A stretch of 64,000 nucleotides of DNA, from positions 2,333 through 66,332 of IMG/VR virus record IMGVR_UViG_3300036828_000686; one strand, given 5' to 3'. The DNA is from a virus (taxonomy: Duplodnaviria; Heunggongvirae; Uroviricota; Caudoviricetes). How positions within the stretch are numbered: position 1 is the first letter of the stretch; the number at the start of each line of letters is the position of its first letter. The translations under genes and the position numbers were made by a program. Under the pieces are notes generated by a model. It was not told the DNA's origin and made no database searches. It was given only the letters and a program-made list of their open reading frames with translations. Positions 34,392 to 43,480 of the stretch are shown one piece after another.

Positions 34392-34729
34392 TCACCGCAG
34401 AGGTGACCCTGCGGGTGTACTCGTCCGTGACCGGCCGGACGGGTAACTGGAGCTGGTCTGCCATCATGCGGTTCGACGCAGTGCCCGCCGAGGGCACCTA
34501 CATCATCTGGACCCGGCCGGGCGATGACGGGGAGCAGACCAACCGGGTGAAGCGGGTCTACCACTACGCCAACCACGGCGTCAGCGACCCCGGCATCTCC
34601 ATCGACCTGGAGCCGGTCAGGACTGACAACCCGGACATCCTGAACGAGCTGATGGAAGAACACAAGGACTGGGAGCAGCACGGTGGCCCGTGGGAGGGCC
34701 AGGACGATGAGCCTGCCGTCCGCCACTGA
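34388..34729 (+). CDS. hypothetical protein
   Basis: GTGA overlap. Confidence 0.4.
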   Translation: MITAEVTLRVYSSVTGRTGNWSWSAIMRFDAVPAEGTYIIWTRPGDDGEQTNRVKRVYHYANHGVSDPGISIDLEPVRTDNPDILNELMEEHKDWEQHGGPWEGQDDEPAVRH

Positions 34730-35699
34730 GATCCTGCTGGCGTATGACGCGGCCCGGCCGCGGAGCCAGCAGGCCGAGGTGGGCATGTCACAGCTGGGGG
34801 CGTGCCGCCGCCAGACGGGCTACATGCTGCGGGGGACGCCGCCGGATGAGGATTTCCGGGAGAGCGGCACCCAGGCCGTGCTGGGTACCGCGATCCATGA
34901 GGTGCTGGCGGAGGGCCTGCGGCTCCTGGTCCCGGAGGCACACGCGGAGAAGCTGACCGTCCATTTCGGTGGGCTGATGGGACATCCGGACGTGTATCAC
35001 GATGGTGTCCTGCGGGACTACAAGACCCTGGGGTACAGCATCCAGGTGGAGTCCCGCAGGCAGCGCGGGCCGCAGCAGCGGGAACGCTGGCAGGCTCACA
35101 CCTACGCGGCGGCGCTGATCATCGGCGGGTTCCCGGTGCACACCGTGCAGCTCGATTACATCGCCCGGGACGGCGGCGAGGAGTACCTATTCGAGGAGCC
35201 GTTCGATGCGGTGGCGGTGGCGGAGGCGATGAACTGGCTGGAGGATGTGCGGGTCACCGAGGTGGCCCTGCTGGAGCGTGACTACCGGCCCGACTCGGCG
35301 GTGTGCAAGGGGTGCAAGTTCTTCACCCAGTGCTGGCAGATGCCGCGGGGCCGCGAGGAGCGCACCGTGCTGTTCCTCGACAACCCCGACATCGCGCACT
35401 GGGCCCATCAGCTGGAGGCCGCGCAGAAGGCGGGGAAGAAAGCCGGGGAGGATGAGAAGGACGCCAGGGGCGCCCTGGAGGCGCTGCGCACCGTCAGCCG
35501 GCCGGGCCAGAAGGAGTACATTGCCGTCCCTGGCCTGGACAAGGTGATCAGGATCAGCATGAACAAGGGGCGCAGGACTCCTGACATGCCGCAGATCGCG
35601 AATGACTACAAGCGGGCCGGAGCGCGCCCGCCGACACGGACCGGCGACCCGGTTGTGAAGATCGCCCTGGTGAAGCCCCCGAAGGAGACTGATGACTGA
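34707..35699 (+). CDS. PD-(D/E)XK Cas4/RecB-family exonuclease with C-terminal 4-Cys cluster
   Basis: nuclease core ...DVYHDGVLRDYKT...; CKGCKFFTQC. Confidence 0.55.
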   Translation: MSLPSATEILLAYDAARPRSQQAEVGMSQLGACRRQTGYMLRGTPPDEDFRESGTQAVLGTAIHEVLAEGLRLLVPEAHAEKLTVHFGGLMGHPDVYHDGVLRDYKTLGYSIQVESRRQRGPQQRERWQAHTYAAALIIGGFPVHTVQLDYIARDGGEEYLFEEPFDAVAVAEAMNWLEDVRVTEVALLERDYRPDSAVCKGCKFFTQCWQMPRGREERTVLFLDNPDIAHWAHQLEAAQKAGKKAGEDEKDARGALEALRTVSRPGQKEYIAVPGLDKVIRISMNKGRRTPDMPQIANDYKRAGARPPTRTGDPVVKIALVKPPKETDD

Positions 35700-35839
35700 G
35701 CGCCGGGTGTGCACGTGCAGCCATGGTGAAACCGCCCACGATTACAGCACCCGGACCACGAAGCGCACGAAGTGCTCGGTGTCGCTGGGCCCGCGCGGTG
35801 TGCGCTGCCCGTGCCTGGTGTTCGTGCTGGCCGCATGAT
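35696..35839 (+). CDS. 48-aa Zn-binding peptide
   Basis: CTCSHGETAHDYSTRTTKRTKCSVSLGPRGVRCPC; TGATG overlap. Confidence 0.3.
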
Positions 35840-36299
35840 GACCGCGATGATGATGGCCCGGGAGAAGCAGGCCAGGCAGGCCGCGGAACGCTACGCCCGC
35901 TATCTCGCGAGCGACCCGATGAACACGGAGGGGCGGTTCCCGCGCAGCCCGCAGGCGGTCGCCTCGCAGAACAACTACAGCCGGCGCCAGGTGGAGCGGC
36001 ACCGGGTCCGGCGGCAGCGGGCCTGGGAAGCTGAGCGCCCGCTCGCCGCGCCTGAGCCGGAACTCCCGGTGATCACCGCTGAGCAGGTGGAGGTGGCCCT
36101 GCTCATCGCCTGCAACTTCACCGGACGCGGGGGCACTGCCAGTGACGCGCTGCTGATCGCTGCGGTCCTGGGTATTCCCCGGGATGCGTTCGGGGTGGCC
36201 CGTGACATGCTCGACGGCGGCGCCGCGGAACTGCCGGAAGACTCCCGCGTGGGGCTCTTTGGCGGCCTGGAGGGGTGGCTGGGGGAGTGGCGGGCGTGA
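35835..36299 (+). CDS. hypothetical protein
   Basis: ORF. Confidence 0.45.
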   Translation: MMTAMMMAREKQARQAAERYARYLASDPMNTEGRFPRSPQAVASQNNYSRRQVERHRVRRQRAWEAERPLAAPEPELPVITAEQVEVALLIACNFTGRGGTASDALLIAAVLGIPRDAFGVARDMLDGGAAELPEDSRVGLFGGLEGWLGEWRA

Positions 36300-36511
36300 A
36301 CCTGACGGAAGCGCAGAAGAAGATCGGGGACGCGGTAATACTGGAGCGCGCCGCCCGGGTGCTGCTGCGCCGCTGGCCTGAAAATGAGAACGCGGTCGCC
36401 GCGGCCATCGCGTGGGACTACCTCGCCGGGAAGCTGCGGAAGGAAGCCGAGCATGAGCATGCCGCCGGACCCGATGGGCAACCTGGACCAGATGACCACG
36501 GCCGTCCATGA
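36296..36511 (+). CDS. hypothetical small protein
   Basis: GTGA overlap. Confidence 0.35.
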   Translation: MNLTEAQKKIGDAVILERAARVLLRRWPENENAVAAAIAWDYLAGKLRKEAEHEHAAGPDGQPGPDDHGRP

Positions 36512-36623
36512 GTGGTTCGATTCCTACCGGCGGTCAGGCTTCCGGCGCTCGGAGGCCCTGAAGCTGACCATCGTCCACTTGCGATGGCTCCTGAAGCGGG
36601 GGGCCGAGTCAGGGGATGACTAG
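36453..36623 (+). CDS. hypothetical small protein
   Basis: ORF overlapping previous. Confidence 0.3.
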   Translation: MSMPPDPMGNLDQMTTAVHEWFDSYRRSGFRRSEALKLTIVHLRWLLKRGAESGDD

Positions 36624-36955
36624 CCCCGGGCCTCGATCTCGGCGGCCAGCTCGTCGGTCCAGATGATGAAATCCAGGTCGTGGCCGAGCAGGACCAGGCC
36701 GAGGGGCCAGCTGAAATGCTTAACTGGAATGATTCCAGGGTTGTCCATGCTGCGGAGCAGCCAGCCGCCCTCACGGGCCTCATGCGGGTGGGCGTGCGCC
36801 CAGCGGTGGCACAGGACACACAAGGTCACCAGGTTCTCGGCATAGTCCCGGCCGCCCTGGCCGCGGGGCACCCGGTGGTGCACCTGCAGCTCCCTCGCGT
36901 CCCCGTCCCGGGCACAGCGGTCCCCGTCCCGGGCGCGGACCAGCGCGATGTCCAC
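36620..36955 (-). CDS. HNH endonuclease
   Basis: HHRVPRGQGGRDYAENLVTLCVLCHRWAH. Confidence 0.65.
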   Translation of the reverse strand: MDIALVRARDGDRCARDGDARELQVHHRVPRGQGGRDYAENLVTLCVLCHRWAHAHPHEAREGGWLLRSMDNPGIIPVKHFSWPLGLVLLGHDLDFIIWTDELAAEIEARG

Positions 36956-36965
36956 ATGACTGATT

Positions 36966-37199
36966 CTAGTTAATGATCCATTCCAGGCAGTGCCTGAAGG
37001 CGGCGCGGCGGTTGCGCCCGCGGCGGCGCAACCGGAGATAACAGTGCAGGGTGGTGGCCCCGAGGATCGCCGTGGTCATCCCGGCCAGGATGGACAGGCT
37101 GACCTCCCAGCCCAGCTCGCGGCGCACCCACCAGAACAGCCAGAAGCCGGCCAGGGCTGCAGCCTTGGGCAGGACGTCCCGCCAGTTAACGCCCATCAC
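36966..37199 (-). CDS. small membrane protein
   Basis: AALAGFWLFWWVRRELGWEVSLSILAGMTTAILGATTL. Confidence 0.4.
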   Translation of the reverse strand: MMGVNWRDVLPKAAALAGFWLFWWVRRELGWEVSLSILAGMTTAILGATTLHCYLRLRRRGRNRRAAFRHCLEWIIN

Positions 37200-37272
37200 G
37201 CCTCCTGTACTGAAAAGCCCTGCCGGGCGCTCGCCCGGCAGGGCGCCTCCAGAGCCTGCATCGCTTCCATTG

Positions 37273-37450
37273 TCAGCCTGGCCTCACCGGGTTCCGGCCG
37301 GAGCCGGGAGCCCTCTCGTTGGGCCGCTGGGTACGTGCCGGGTTGTTCTTCGTCCGGCGGTGCTGGGCGGCGTAGCGCGCGCACTTGTCGCGGTTGCGCC
37401 CCCACTTGCGGTTCTTCTGACGGCCCTGCTTCCTCGAAGCAGGCATTGGT
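37273..37450 (-). CDS. 59-aa highly basic protein (uncertain)
   Basis: MPASRKQGRQKNRKWGRNRDKCARYAAQHRRTKNNPARTQRP...; below ORF-track cutoff. Confidence 0.2.
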
Positions 37451-37567
37451 GATCACCTCCCTTCAGTGCCTTACGGCGTCTGAAGGTGGCGCTCACGCAG
37501 CACCATTGCTTCACCCCTCTCCCTCTAGTGGCGGCCCGTAGCTGTCGTCGCGATTATTGGGCCGCGC

Positions 37568-37723
37568 CTAATCCTCCTCCTGGTCATCCAGGAGGCAGCT
37601 TCTATTGTGCCGTTCGCAGTACCCGTCGTACACCTTCGGGCGCAGGCACCACAGGCCGAGCTTGTGGCTGAGGTGGATGCACCGGCCGCGGCGCCCCCAC
37701 CACGGCGGTGCGTACCCGGCCAT
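37568..37723 (-). CDS. 51-aa Zn-ribbon-like protein
   Basis: ATGA coupling to methyltransferase; C..H..C..C. Confidence 0.35.
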   Translation of the reverse strand: MAGYAPPWWGRRGRCIHLSHKLGLWCLRPKVYDGYCERHNRSCLLDDQEED

Positions 37724-38340
37724 CAGGCGACCGCCGTCATCAGCAGCCAGGTCTTCGCTATCTCGTCGCCGTCGCGGGCGAGCTGGATGTCCTGGTGCAG
37801 GCTGGTGACGGTCAGCCCGGACCATTCGGTCATCATCCACAGCTCGCCGGGCTGCCAGTAGTGGAACCGGCGCCTGGCCAGGCCCTTGCGTTCTACCCAT
37901 TCCACGCCGGCGCCGCGGCGGGCCGAGAAGGCCAGGATGCCGCCAGGCACGAGGGCCTGCTGGCATTTGCGCAGCGCCCCGGTGAGCTGCACGCCGCTGA
38001 AGTGCTGGAAGACGGCGAAGGCGTAGATCATCGAGTACGGGCCGCCGAGGTCGTCAGTCAGGACGTTCAGCTGCCGGGCTGCGTGGCCCTCGCTGCGCAG
38101 GTTCTCCACGAACGCCCCGCAGGCGTCGGTGCGCTGCACGGGGACGCCGATGGCTTCCATGTTCGCCGCGTCGTGACCAGGGCCACTGCCGATTTCCAGC
38201 ACCGGGCCCTGGCCTGGCCGCCGGACCAGCGCGTCCGGGAGCCAGACCCCGTGCTCGTTCAGCGGGACCGCCGGGGTGCCGGCCAGATACTTTGCCCAGC
38301 CGGCCTCATAGGCGGCGATCGTCTCCGTGTTCGGGTCCAC
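37723..38340 (-). CDS. class I SAM-dependent methyltransferase
   Basis: motif I VLEIGSGPGHDA. Confidence 0.65.
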   Translation of the reverse strand: MDPNTETIAAYEAGWAKYLAGTPAVPLNEHGVWLPDALVRRPGQGPVLEIGSGPGHDAANMEAIGVPVQRTDACGAFVENLRSEGHAARQLNVLTDDLGGPYSMIYAFAVFQHFSGVQLTGALRKCQQALVPGGILAFSARRGAGVEWVERKGLARRRFHYWQPGELWMMTEWSGLTVTSLHQDIQLARDGDEIAKTWLLMTAVA

Positions 38341-38562
38341 CTAGCCGCGCCGCACCTTGCGCCACTCGCCCTCGGACAGGGAGATCACGGGGTCGCCGTT
38401 CTTGCGGTAGACGGTGACGTCGCCGCCCGATCCGGTGTGCCAGTCCGAGCCCTTGATCTTGTACGGCTTACGCGAGCGCAGCTTGTTGTTGCGCCACTCC
38501 CTCGGCCGGTCGATGATGATCACTTCTGCCACCACTCTTCCTTGTCGTCGTCCTCGCCCCAC
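38341..38562 (-). CDS. hypothetical small protein
   Basis: ORF. Confidence 0.35.
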   Translation of the reverse strand: MGRGRRQGRVVAEVIIIDRPREWRNNKLRSRKPYKIKGSDWHTGSGGDVTVYRKNGDPVISLSEGEWRKVRRG

Positions 38563-38804
38563 GGGTCGGGGTCGGGGACGGGTACACGCGCCACTGGCAC
38601 ATGCCCGCCTGGTGACTCTCTCACTGAGGTGAGGGACTCGCCTGTGGATGCGCTCTTTTTTGCCCGGCCGTAGAAGAAGGCGTTCTCCCGGGCGATCTGC
38701 TCCCGCTTGGCGGCCATGGTGATCTCGCCGTTCTCCCAGCGGGTGATGATCCGCTGGATTGACGCCATGTGGGCCTTCCGCTCACTGATGGTCTTCTCGT
38801 CCAC
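38520..38804 (-). CDS. hypothetical protein
   Basis: ORF. Confidence 0.4.
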   Translation of the reverse strand: MDEKTISERKAHMASIQRIITRWENGEITMAAKREQIARENAFFYGRAKKSASTGESLTSVRESPGGHVPVARVPVPDPDPWGEDDDKEEWWQK

Positions 38805-38905
38805 GGAGAGCAGCCTACGCTACTGAGCGGTCCGCCGGGGGAATAGCGCGGTTGTACTGTTTGCTCTACTCTAAGATACCATACCCCCAGCTGAGAGCCG
38901 TGGTC

Positions 38906-39550
38906 ATGTATGCGACCGAGGGACAGAAGCGGATAGCCGCCGACCGCGCCGAGCAGATCCGCGGCGGCCTCCAGGAAACCGCCGTCCTGTACGCGAAGGC
39001 CGTCGAGGCTGAGGACTGGAGAATCCTCGGCTACACCAGCATCAGCAAGTGGGCTACCGAGGAGCTGGGCGCGCACCGCTTCACCACCGAAGCGCGCAAG
39101 GGCATCGTCACCATGCTGACCGGCGCCGGGTACAGCCAGCGCAAGATTGCGGCGGCGACCGGGGCCGGCAAGAGCACTGTCAACAGGGACCAGCACGAGG
39201 CTGGTGCCCCGGATGGGGCACAAGACACCCCGCGCCAGCAGGCTTCCCGCCGCCGGGAGCTGGAGCGGGCACAGCAGCGGGTGCAGGCGCCCGCGCCCCG
39301 CCCCAGCCATGACCGGGATGCCCTGCGCCGTGAGGTTGAGGCGCTGCGCCGCGGCGGGCACCCGGTGGACCGGGCGGGGCTGGCCAAGCGCCACGGCTGC
39401 AGTGTGGGCACCGTCCAGAGCATCCGCTCGCAGGCCGATGCACTGCTGGCGGCAGAACGCGAGCAGGCCGCCTGGCAGGCGGCCCGTGAAGAGGCTGCCG
39501 GGCCGCATCAGCACGAGTGGGTGTGCCGGATCTGCGGGGAAGCACTCTGA
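38906..39550 (+). CDS. two-HTH DNA-binding regulator
   Basis: GYSQRKIAAATGAGKSTVNRD and LRREVEALRRGGHPVDRAGLAKRHGCSVGTVQSIRSQ; upstream TTTGCTCTACTCTAAGATA motif. Confidence 0.55.
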   Translation: MYATEGQKRIAADRAEQIRGGLQETAVLYAKAVEAEDWRILGYTSISKWATEELGAHRFTTEARKGIVTMLTGAGYSQRKIAAATGAGKSTVNRDQHEAGAPDGAQDTPRQQASRRRELERAQQRVQAPAPRPSHDRDALRREVEALRRGGHPVDRAGLAKRHGCSVGTVQSIRSQADALLAAEREQAAWQAAREEAAGPHQHEWVCRICGEAL

Positions 39551-39652
39551 AATCACCATGGCCCTGGTGATCTTTGTTCGCCATGTACCGTTTACGATAC
39601 AGGTATGCTATGTTGTAGCGCAAAGGGACCACCCTAACCAGGAGGACCGCAA

Positions 39653-40492
39653 GTGACCGCGACCGAGATCCCCACCAGGAACATCCCCGCCGGGCAGCTT
39701 CGCAAGCCCCGGTACCAGCGGGAAGAGTCTGAGCAGTTCATCAGGCACTGGACGAAGTATTACGACGAGAAGCTCGTCGGCACCCTGACTGTCAGCGAGC
39801 GCGACGAGGGCCTGTACTACGTCATCGACGGATGGCACCGCCGGCAGATCACCATGGGCAAGTTCGGCGCGGACCACGAGATGAAGTGCGAAGTCCACAC
39901 CGGGCTGTCGGAGCAGGACGAGGCCAACATGTTCGACAGCCTCGACACCCAGCGCCGCAAGCTGGCCCCCCGGGACCGTTTCGCCGGGCGGCTGCGGATG
40001 GGCGGCCTGGCTGAGAAGGACATCGTCCGGATTCTCGAAAGGTACGGCGTGGGCGTCGTCCTGTCCAAGTCGGGCGGCCCTGGCCAGAACCAGACCGGCG
40101 CGCACCAGACCCTGTATGAGATCTACGGTGTCGCCGGTAACCAGTGGCACGGCGACCCGGATCTGCTGGACCGCGTCATGCGGGTCTGCACCGGCACCTA
40201 CGGCCCCGAGGGCGGCACCTACGGGCAGCTGCTGAAGGCGTTCGCGATCCTGTTCCGGGCCCGCCCTGAGGTCAGCGACAAGGACCTGATGCAGAAGCTG
40301 GCCAAGTTCGGCACGTTCTACGCCCTGCTGGGCAGCGTCAAGGGCGCCGTCAGTGGCGGCGGTGGCGGCCCGATGCTGGTCGCGAACCAGATGCTGAACG
40401 TGTACAACGTCCGGCGGACCACGCACAAGATCCCGCTGATCGAGGCCGGGGACCTGCGGAAGGCCCGTGACGAGGCCGCCAGGATGCGGTAG
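39653..40492 (+). CDS. ParB-like nuclease-domain protein
   Basis: LYYVIDGWHRRQ ParB/Srx motif; Gly-rich C-term. Confidence 0.6.
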   Translation: MTATEIPTRNIPAGQLRKPRYQREESEQFIRHWTKYYDEKLVGTLTVSERDEGLYYVIDGWHRRQITMGKFGADHEMKCEVHTGLSEQDEANMFDSLDTQRRKLAPRDRFAGRLRMGGLAEKDIVRILERYGVGVVLSKSGGPGQNQTGAHQTLYEIYGVAGNQWHGDPDLLDRVMRVCTGTYGPEGGTYGQLLKAFAILFRARPEVSDKDLMQKLAKFGTFYALLGSVKGAVSGGGGGPMLVANQMLNVYNVRRTTHKIPLIEAGDLRKARDEAARMR

Positions 40493-40674
40493 GCGGTACA
40501 GTCTGGCTGAAGGGGCCGCCTGCACGAACAGGCTGGCCCCTTCGCCATGGGGGCTGCCCTACCTGTACCCGGCGCAAGGCTAGCGATTGCCCAGGTAGCG
40601 GGGAACGATGAGGCTGGCCACCTTGTCAACCATCCTTCGGCGGACGCGCTAGGCCGCTACCTGGGCGGCCATTT

Positions 40675-40872
40675 ATGCCGGTGGGTGACGACATTGTCTT
40701 CGGCCCGCGGGTGGTCCGCGGCCGGTGCCGGTGCGGGGTCTGCGGGGAGGAGATTTTCCCCGCAGACCTTGCCCTGTCTAAGTACGCCGACCCGGTGGAC
40801 ATCTGGGTGCATTACAACCAGCCCGACGACGACCATGACGTGGTGTTCGGGTACTGGGTGGCGAAGCGCTGA
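40675..40872 (+). CDS. hypothetical small protein
   Basis: ORF. Confidence 0.35.
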   Translation: MPVGDDIVFGPRVVRGRCRCGVCGEEIFPADLALSKYADPVDIWVHYNQPDDDHDVVFGYWVAKR

Positions 40873-40875
40873 GGC

Positions 40876-41262
40876 TCAGGGAGCGGGCGCGGGCGGCACC
40901 AGGCCGGTCACCTGGCCCACCGCGGTGTCCAGGCTGCTCTGCGAGCTGGCCAGGCTCCGCTGGGTGGCCACCAGGCTGGCCACGGCCGCGTTCAGGGCCG
41001 TGGTGTCCGATGTCCCGGCGACCACGCCCGCCAGGGCGGTCTGGATCGCGCTGACGTCCGTGCCGAGCTGGGTCACCTGGGTGCCCATGTCGCTGACCGC
41101 GCTGCCGATGGCGCCCACGGCGGTGTTGATGGCGGCTACGGCAGCGTCGATGTCATCCTGAGTGGTCATGATCACGTCCAGTTTCTGCTGGATTTCAGTG
41201 ACCTGGGCCTGGAGCCCAGGCAGCCAGGAGGGCGACCTGCTGAGGAACCGGAGCCGCGCCAT
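40876..41262 (-). CDS. hypothetical Ala/Thr/Ser-rich coiled protein
   Basis: ORF. Confidence 0.4.
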   Translation of the reverse strand: MARLRFLSRSPSWLPGLQAQVTEIQQKLDVIMTTQDDIDAAVAAINTAVGAIGSAVSDMGTQVTQLGTDVSAIQTALAGVVAGTSDTTALNAAVASLVATQRSLASSQSSLDTAVGQVTGLVPPAPAP

Positions 41263-41299
41263 GCCGTCATCGTCACACAAAACGGGGGCAAAGGGCAGC

Positions 41300-41650
41300 T
41301 CTCGCGCGCACGCGCGTAGCTACCTGTGCTGTTGTTAAGGTCTCAGCCACTCACAGGACCATCTGCTTGTGACGGAAGGGCTTTATGTAGTTGACTTCCG
41401 GGGTCTCCGGGGCAGAGCCCCGGTGATTAACAAGCAAGGCCAGGGCTGCCGGCCTTGCTCCCCAAAGCTCCCCAAGGGTACCGAAAGAGCACTCCTGGCT
41501 ACCCGGGGGTTGCTGGGAGGTCGGTCCTTCCGGTACTATTGCTTCCACGTGGAAGTTGGTTGCGTCCACCGTAGGACACGGGACAGAGACGCGCAAGAGG
41601 GGCTCCCGCCGGCTGGTTACCGGCGCTCTGGGAGCCCCTCTTGATTTCCC
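41300..41650. other. 350-nt structured intergenic region ending in GC hairpin AGAGGGGCTCCC...GGGAGCCCCTCT
   Basis: multiple stem-loops; lower coding GC3; promoter region for the minus-strand gene set. Confidence 0.3.
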
Positions 41651-41794
41651 CTAGCCCTTGGCCACGGAGCCGAGGAAGGTGATCAGCCCGGCGATGGTGT
41701 TGTGCACGGTGACACCTGCGTGGGCCGGGTCCGAGAGAGCCCAGATGATCAGGAACAGGGCCACGATGGCACCCACGATCTTCATCAGCATGGC
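41651..41794 (-). CDS. 47-aa membrane peptide
   Basis: MLMKIVGAIVALFLIIWALSDPAHAG; RBS GAGGAA. Confidence 0.35.
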   Translation of the reverse strand, partial: AMLMKIVGAIVALFLIIWALSDPAHAGVTVHNTIAGLITFLGSVAKG

Positions 41795-41969
41795 GTGTTC
41801 CTCACTTCTTCTCCTGTGGCTACCTGGTGGAGGACGAAGTCGTGGCCCGCTGCATCCATGGACAGGTGCGGCCGGGTTTTCCACCCGCACCTGCACTCCA
41901 CCCGGACGAACGGGAAGAAGGAGACGTAGAACCGCTTGAACCAGTGGTCCGGGCCGATCTGCACGCCGC

Positions 41970-42167
41970 TCACCGGACCACCGGCATCGGCTCGTGGCGC
42001 AGCACCCGTGAGGGGAGCGCCTCGCCGGCCGCGGTCAGCCCCCCGGTTTTCATGCAGTAGGCGTTGCCGTTGCGGTCCACCCAGGCCCCGGTGGCGAGCT
42101 GGGTGATCTTCTCATAGCAATGCAGGCAGCTGAGCATGCGGTTCCTGATCCCTCCGAGGATGGTCAT
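41970..42167 (-). CDS. Zn-ribbon small protein
   Basis: CLHCYEKITQLATGAWVDRNGNAYC. Confidence 0.35.
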   Translation of the reverse strand: MTILGGIRNRMLSCLHCYEKITQLATGAWVDRNGNAYCMKTGGLTAAGEALPSRVLRHEPMPVVR

Positions 42168-42355
42168 CCGCGCCTCCCCTTCTTGCGGCCAATGTGCCAC
42201 TTGCCGTAGCAGGTCCTGCATTTGAAGGAGACCGGGTTGCCCTGGATCTTCTCGCCGCGGTCGCGGATGCGGCGCTTCAGGGCCGCCAGCTCCTTCTCGG
42301 CCTCGGCCTTGGTGGCGAACGCCTCTTTGCGGTTGCAGTTGGTGATGGCGTCCAT
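42164..42355 (-). CDS. hypothetical basic protein (CRTCYGKWH)
   Basis: ATGA overlap. Confidence 0.4.
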   Translation of the reverse strand: MDAITNCNRKEAFATKAEAEKELAALKRRIRDRGEKIQGNPVSFKCRTCYGKWHIGRKKGRRG

Positions 42356-42357
42356 CT

Positions 42358-42516
42358 ACTGCCTCCGTACGAGAATGGAGTTGATCTTGATGTCGGTGGT
42401 TGAGGGCAGGTCCATGAGCCTGAGGGCGTTATCTGCCGCAGCTCCCGGGCTCTCCGCGCCCCTGATCTCGATCTCGACCTCCACGGTCACTTTCCTGACT
42501 ACATGCTCAGGCATGC
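42358..42516 (-). CDS. 52-aa hypothetical peptide
   Basis: MPEHVVRKVTVEVEIEIRGAESPG...; below cutoff. Confidence 0.3.
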
Positions 42517-42683
42517 CTGCCTCCTGATCCTGATGCCTGCATGATACACTCGGTATCGCAGACGTTCCAATAGTAGAACAAGGAGGATCGCGGTAATAGT
42601 CCGCGTCACCCTTACTTGATACAGAGTGATACTATGAGGACAGACCAGGCATCCCGTCTGGCCTGACCCCCCGGAGGCGGTCC

Positions 42684-43127
42684 ATGGTCATGAAGAAGAA
42701 GTCACTCCTGGTGGAAGTCAAGAACGAGGATTACGCCTACGCCAGGAAGCAGGATCGTTACGGTTGCGCCATCGTCCGGGCCATCCAGCGGACACTGCCG
42801 CAGGCCCTGCATGTGCGCGCAGACGTGAAAGAGATCGCATTCAGCCTGCCCGAAGACGACACGCGGTATTACTTCCAGACCCCGCCCGACTCGATCAAGA
42901 ACGTCATCGAGCCACTTGACAGGGGTGAGACGCCGGAGGAGTACACGTTCATCCTGGATCACGCGACGGCGGCCGAGCCCATCAAGCACAAGTCGCGCGA
43001 TGAGCGGATAACCGACCGCACCCGCTCGCGCCGGGCCCGGCCACCGCGTGCCCGCACCAGCTCCGGCAACGTCCACACCGCGAACCGCTTCATGGACTAT
43101 GAGGCAGGGGAAGGGGTGGAGGAGTGA
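42684..43127 (+). CDS. hypothetical protein
   Basis: ATG after GGAGG; preceded by GATACAGAGTGATAC motif. Confidence 0.5.
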   Translation: MVMKKKSLLVEVKNEDYAYARKQDRYGCAIVRAIQRTLPQALHVRADVKEIAFSLPEDDTRYYFQTPPDSIKNVIEPLDRGETPEEYTFILDHATAAEPIKHKSRDERITDRTRSRRARPPRARTSSGNVHTANRFMDYEAGEGVEE

Positions 43128-43429
43128 AGCTGACCAGGATGATTGACCCGGCCCGGCAGACGCAGGAGACACGCGTCCGGGTGCACTACGCCGCACCGGA
43201 CGGCCAGACCCTCCTGTGCGGCCTCGGCCACATCTACCGCGAGCTGGACGGCGAGAGATTCCAGGTCTGGCATCCCACCAAGCGGCCGGTCACCTGCACT
43301 TCCTGCACCAAGCGGCTGGAGTCCCTGATCCGGTTCCAGCTCACCGGCCTGGGCAGCGCGCAGCTGGAAGACATTCTCGCGCATATCGAGTCATTCCGGG
43401 TGCCGGAGCAGGCCGGGGGACAGGACTGA
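43124..43429 (+). CDS. hypothetical protein
   Basis: GTGA overlap. Confidence 0.5.
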   Translation: MKLTRMIDPARQTQETRVRVHYAAPDGQTLLCGLGHIYRELDGERFQVWHPTKRPVTCTSCTKRLESLIRFQLTGLGSAQLEDILAHIESFRVPEQAGGQD

Positions 43430-43480
43430 GGGGTAGCCTGGAGGGATCTTCCGGTATCACCAACGAGCGCAGGAGTAACT

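Noticed and set aside
33596-36509. Long minus-strand ORFs antisense to the recombination module (33596-34786, 35742-36509)
   Set aside because: Shadow ORFs. The translations are Pro/Arg/Ala-rich.
41369-41644. 91-aa + strand ORF in the 41.3-41.65 kb region
   Set aside because: The region is stem-loop rich with low GC3. I treat it as structured non-coding or promoter sequence.
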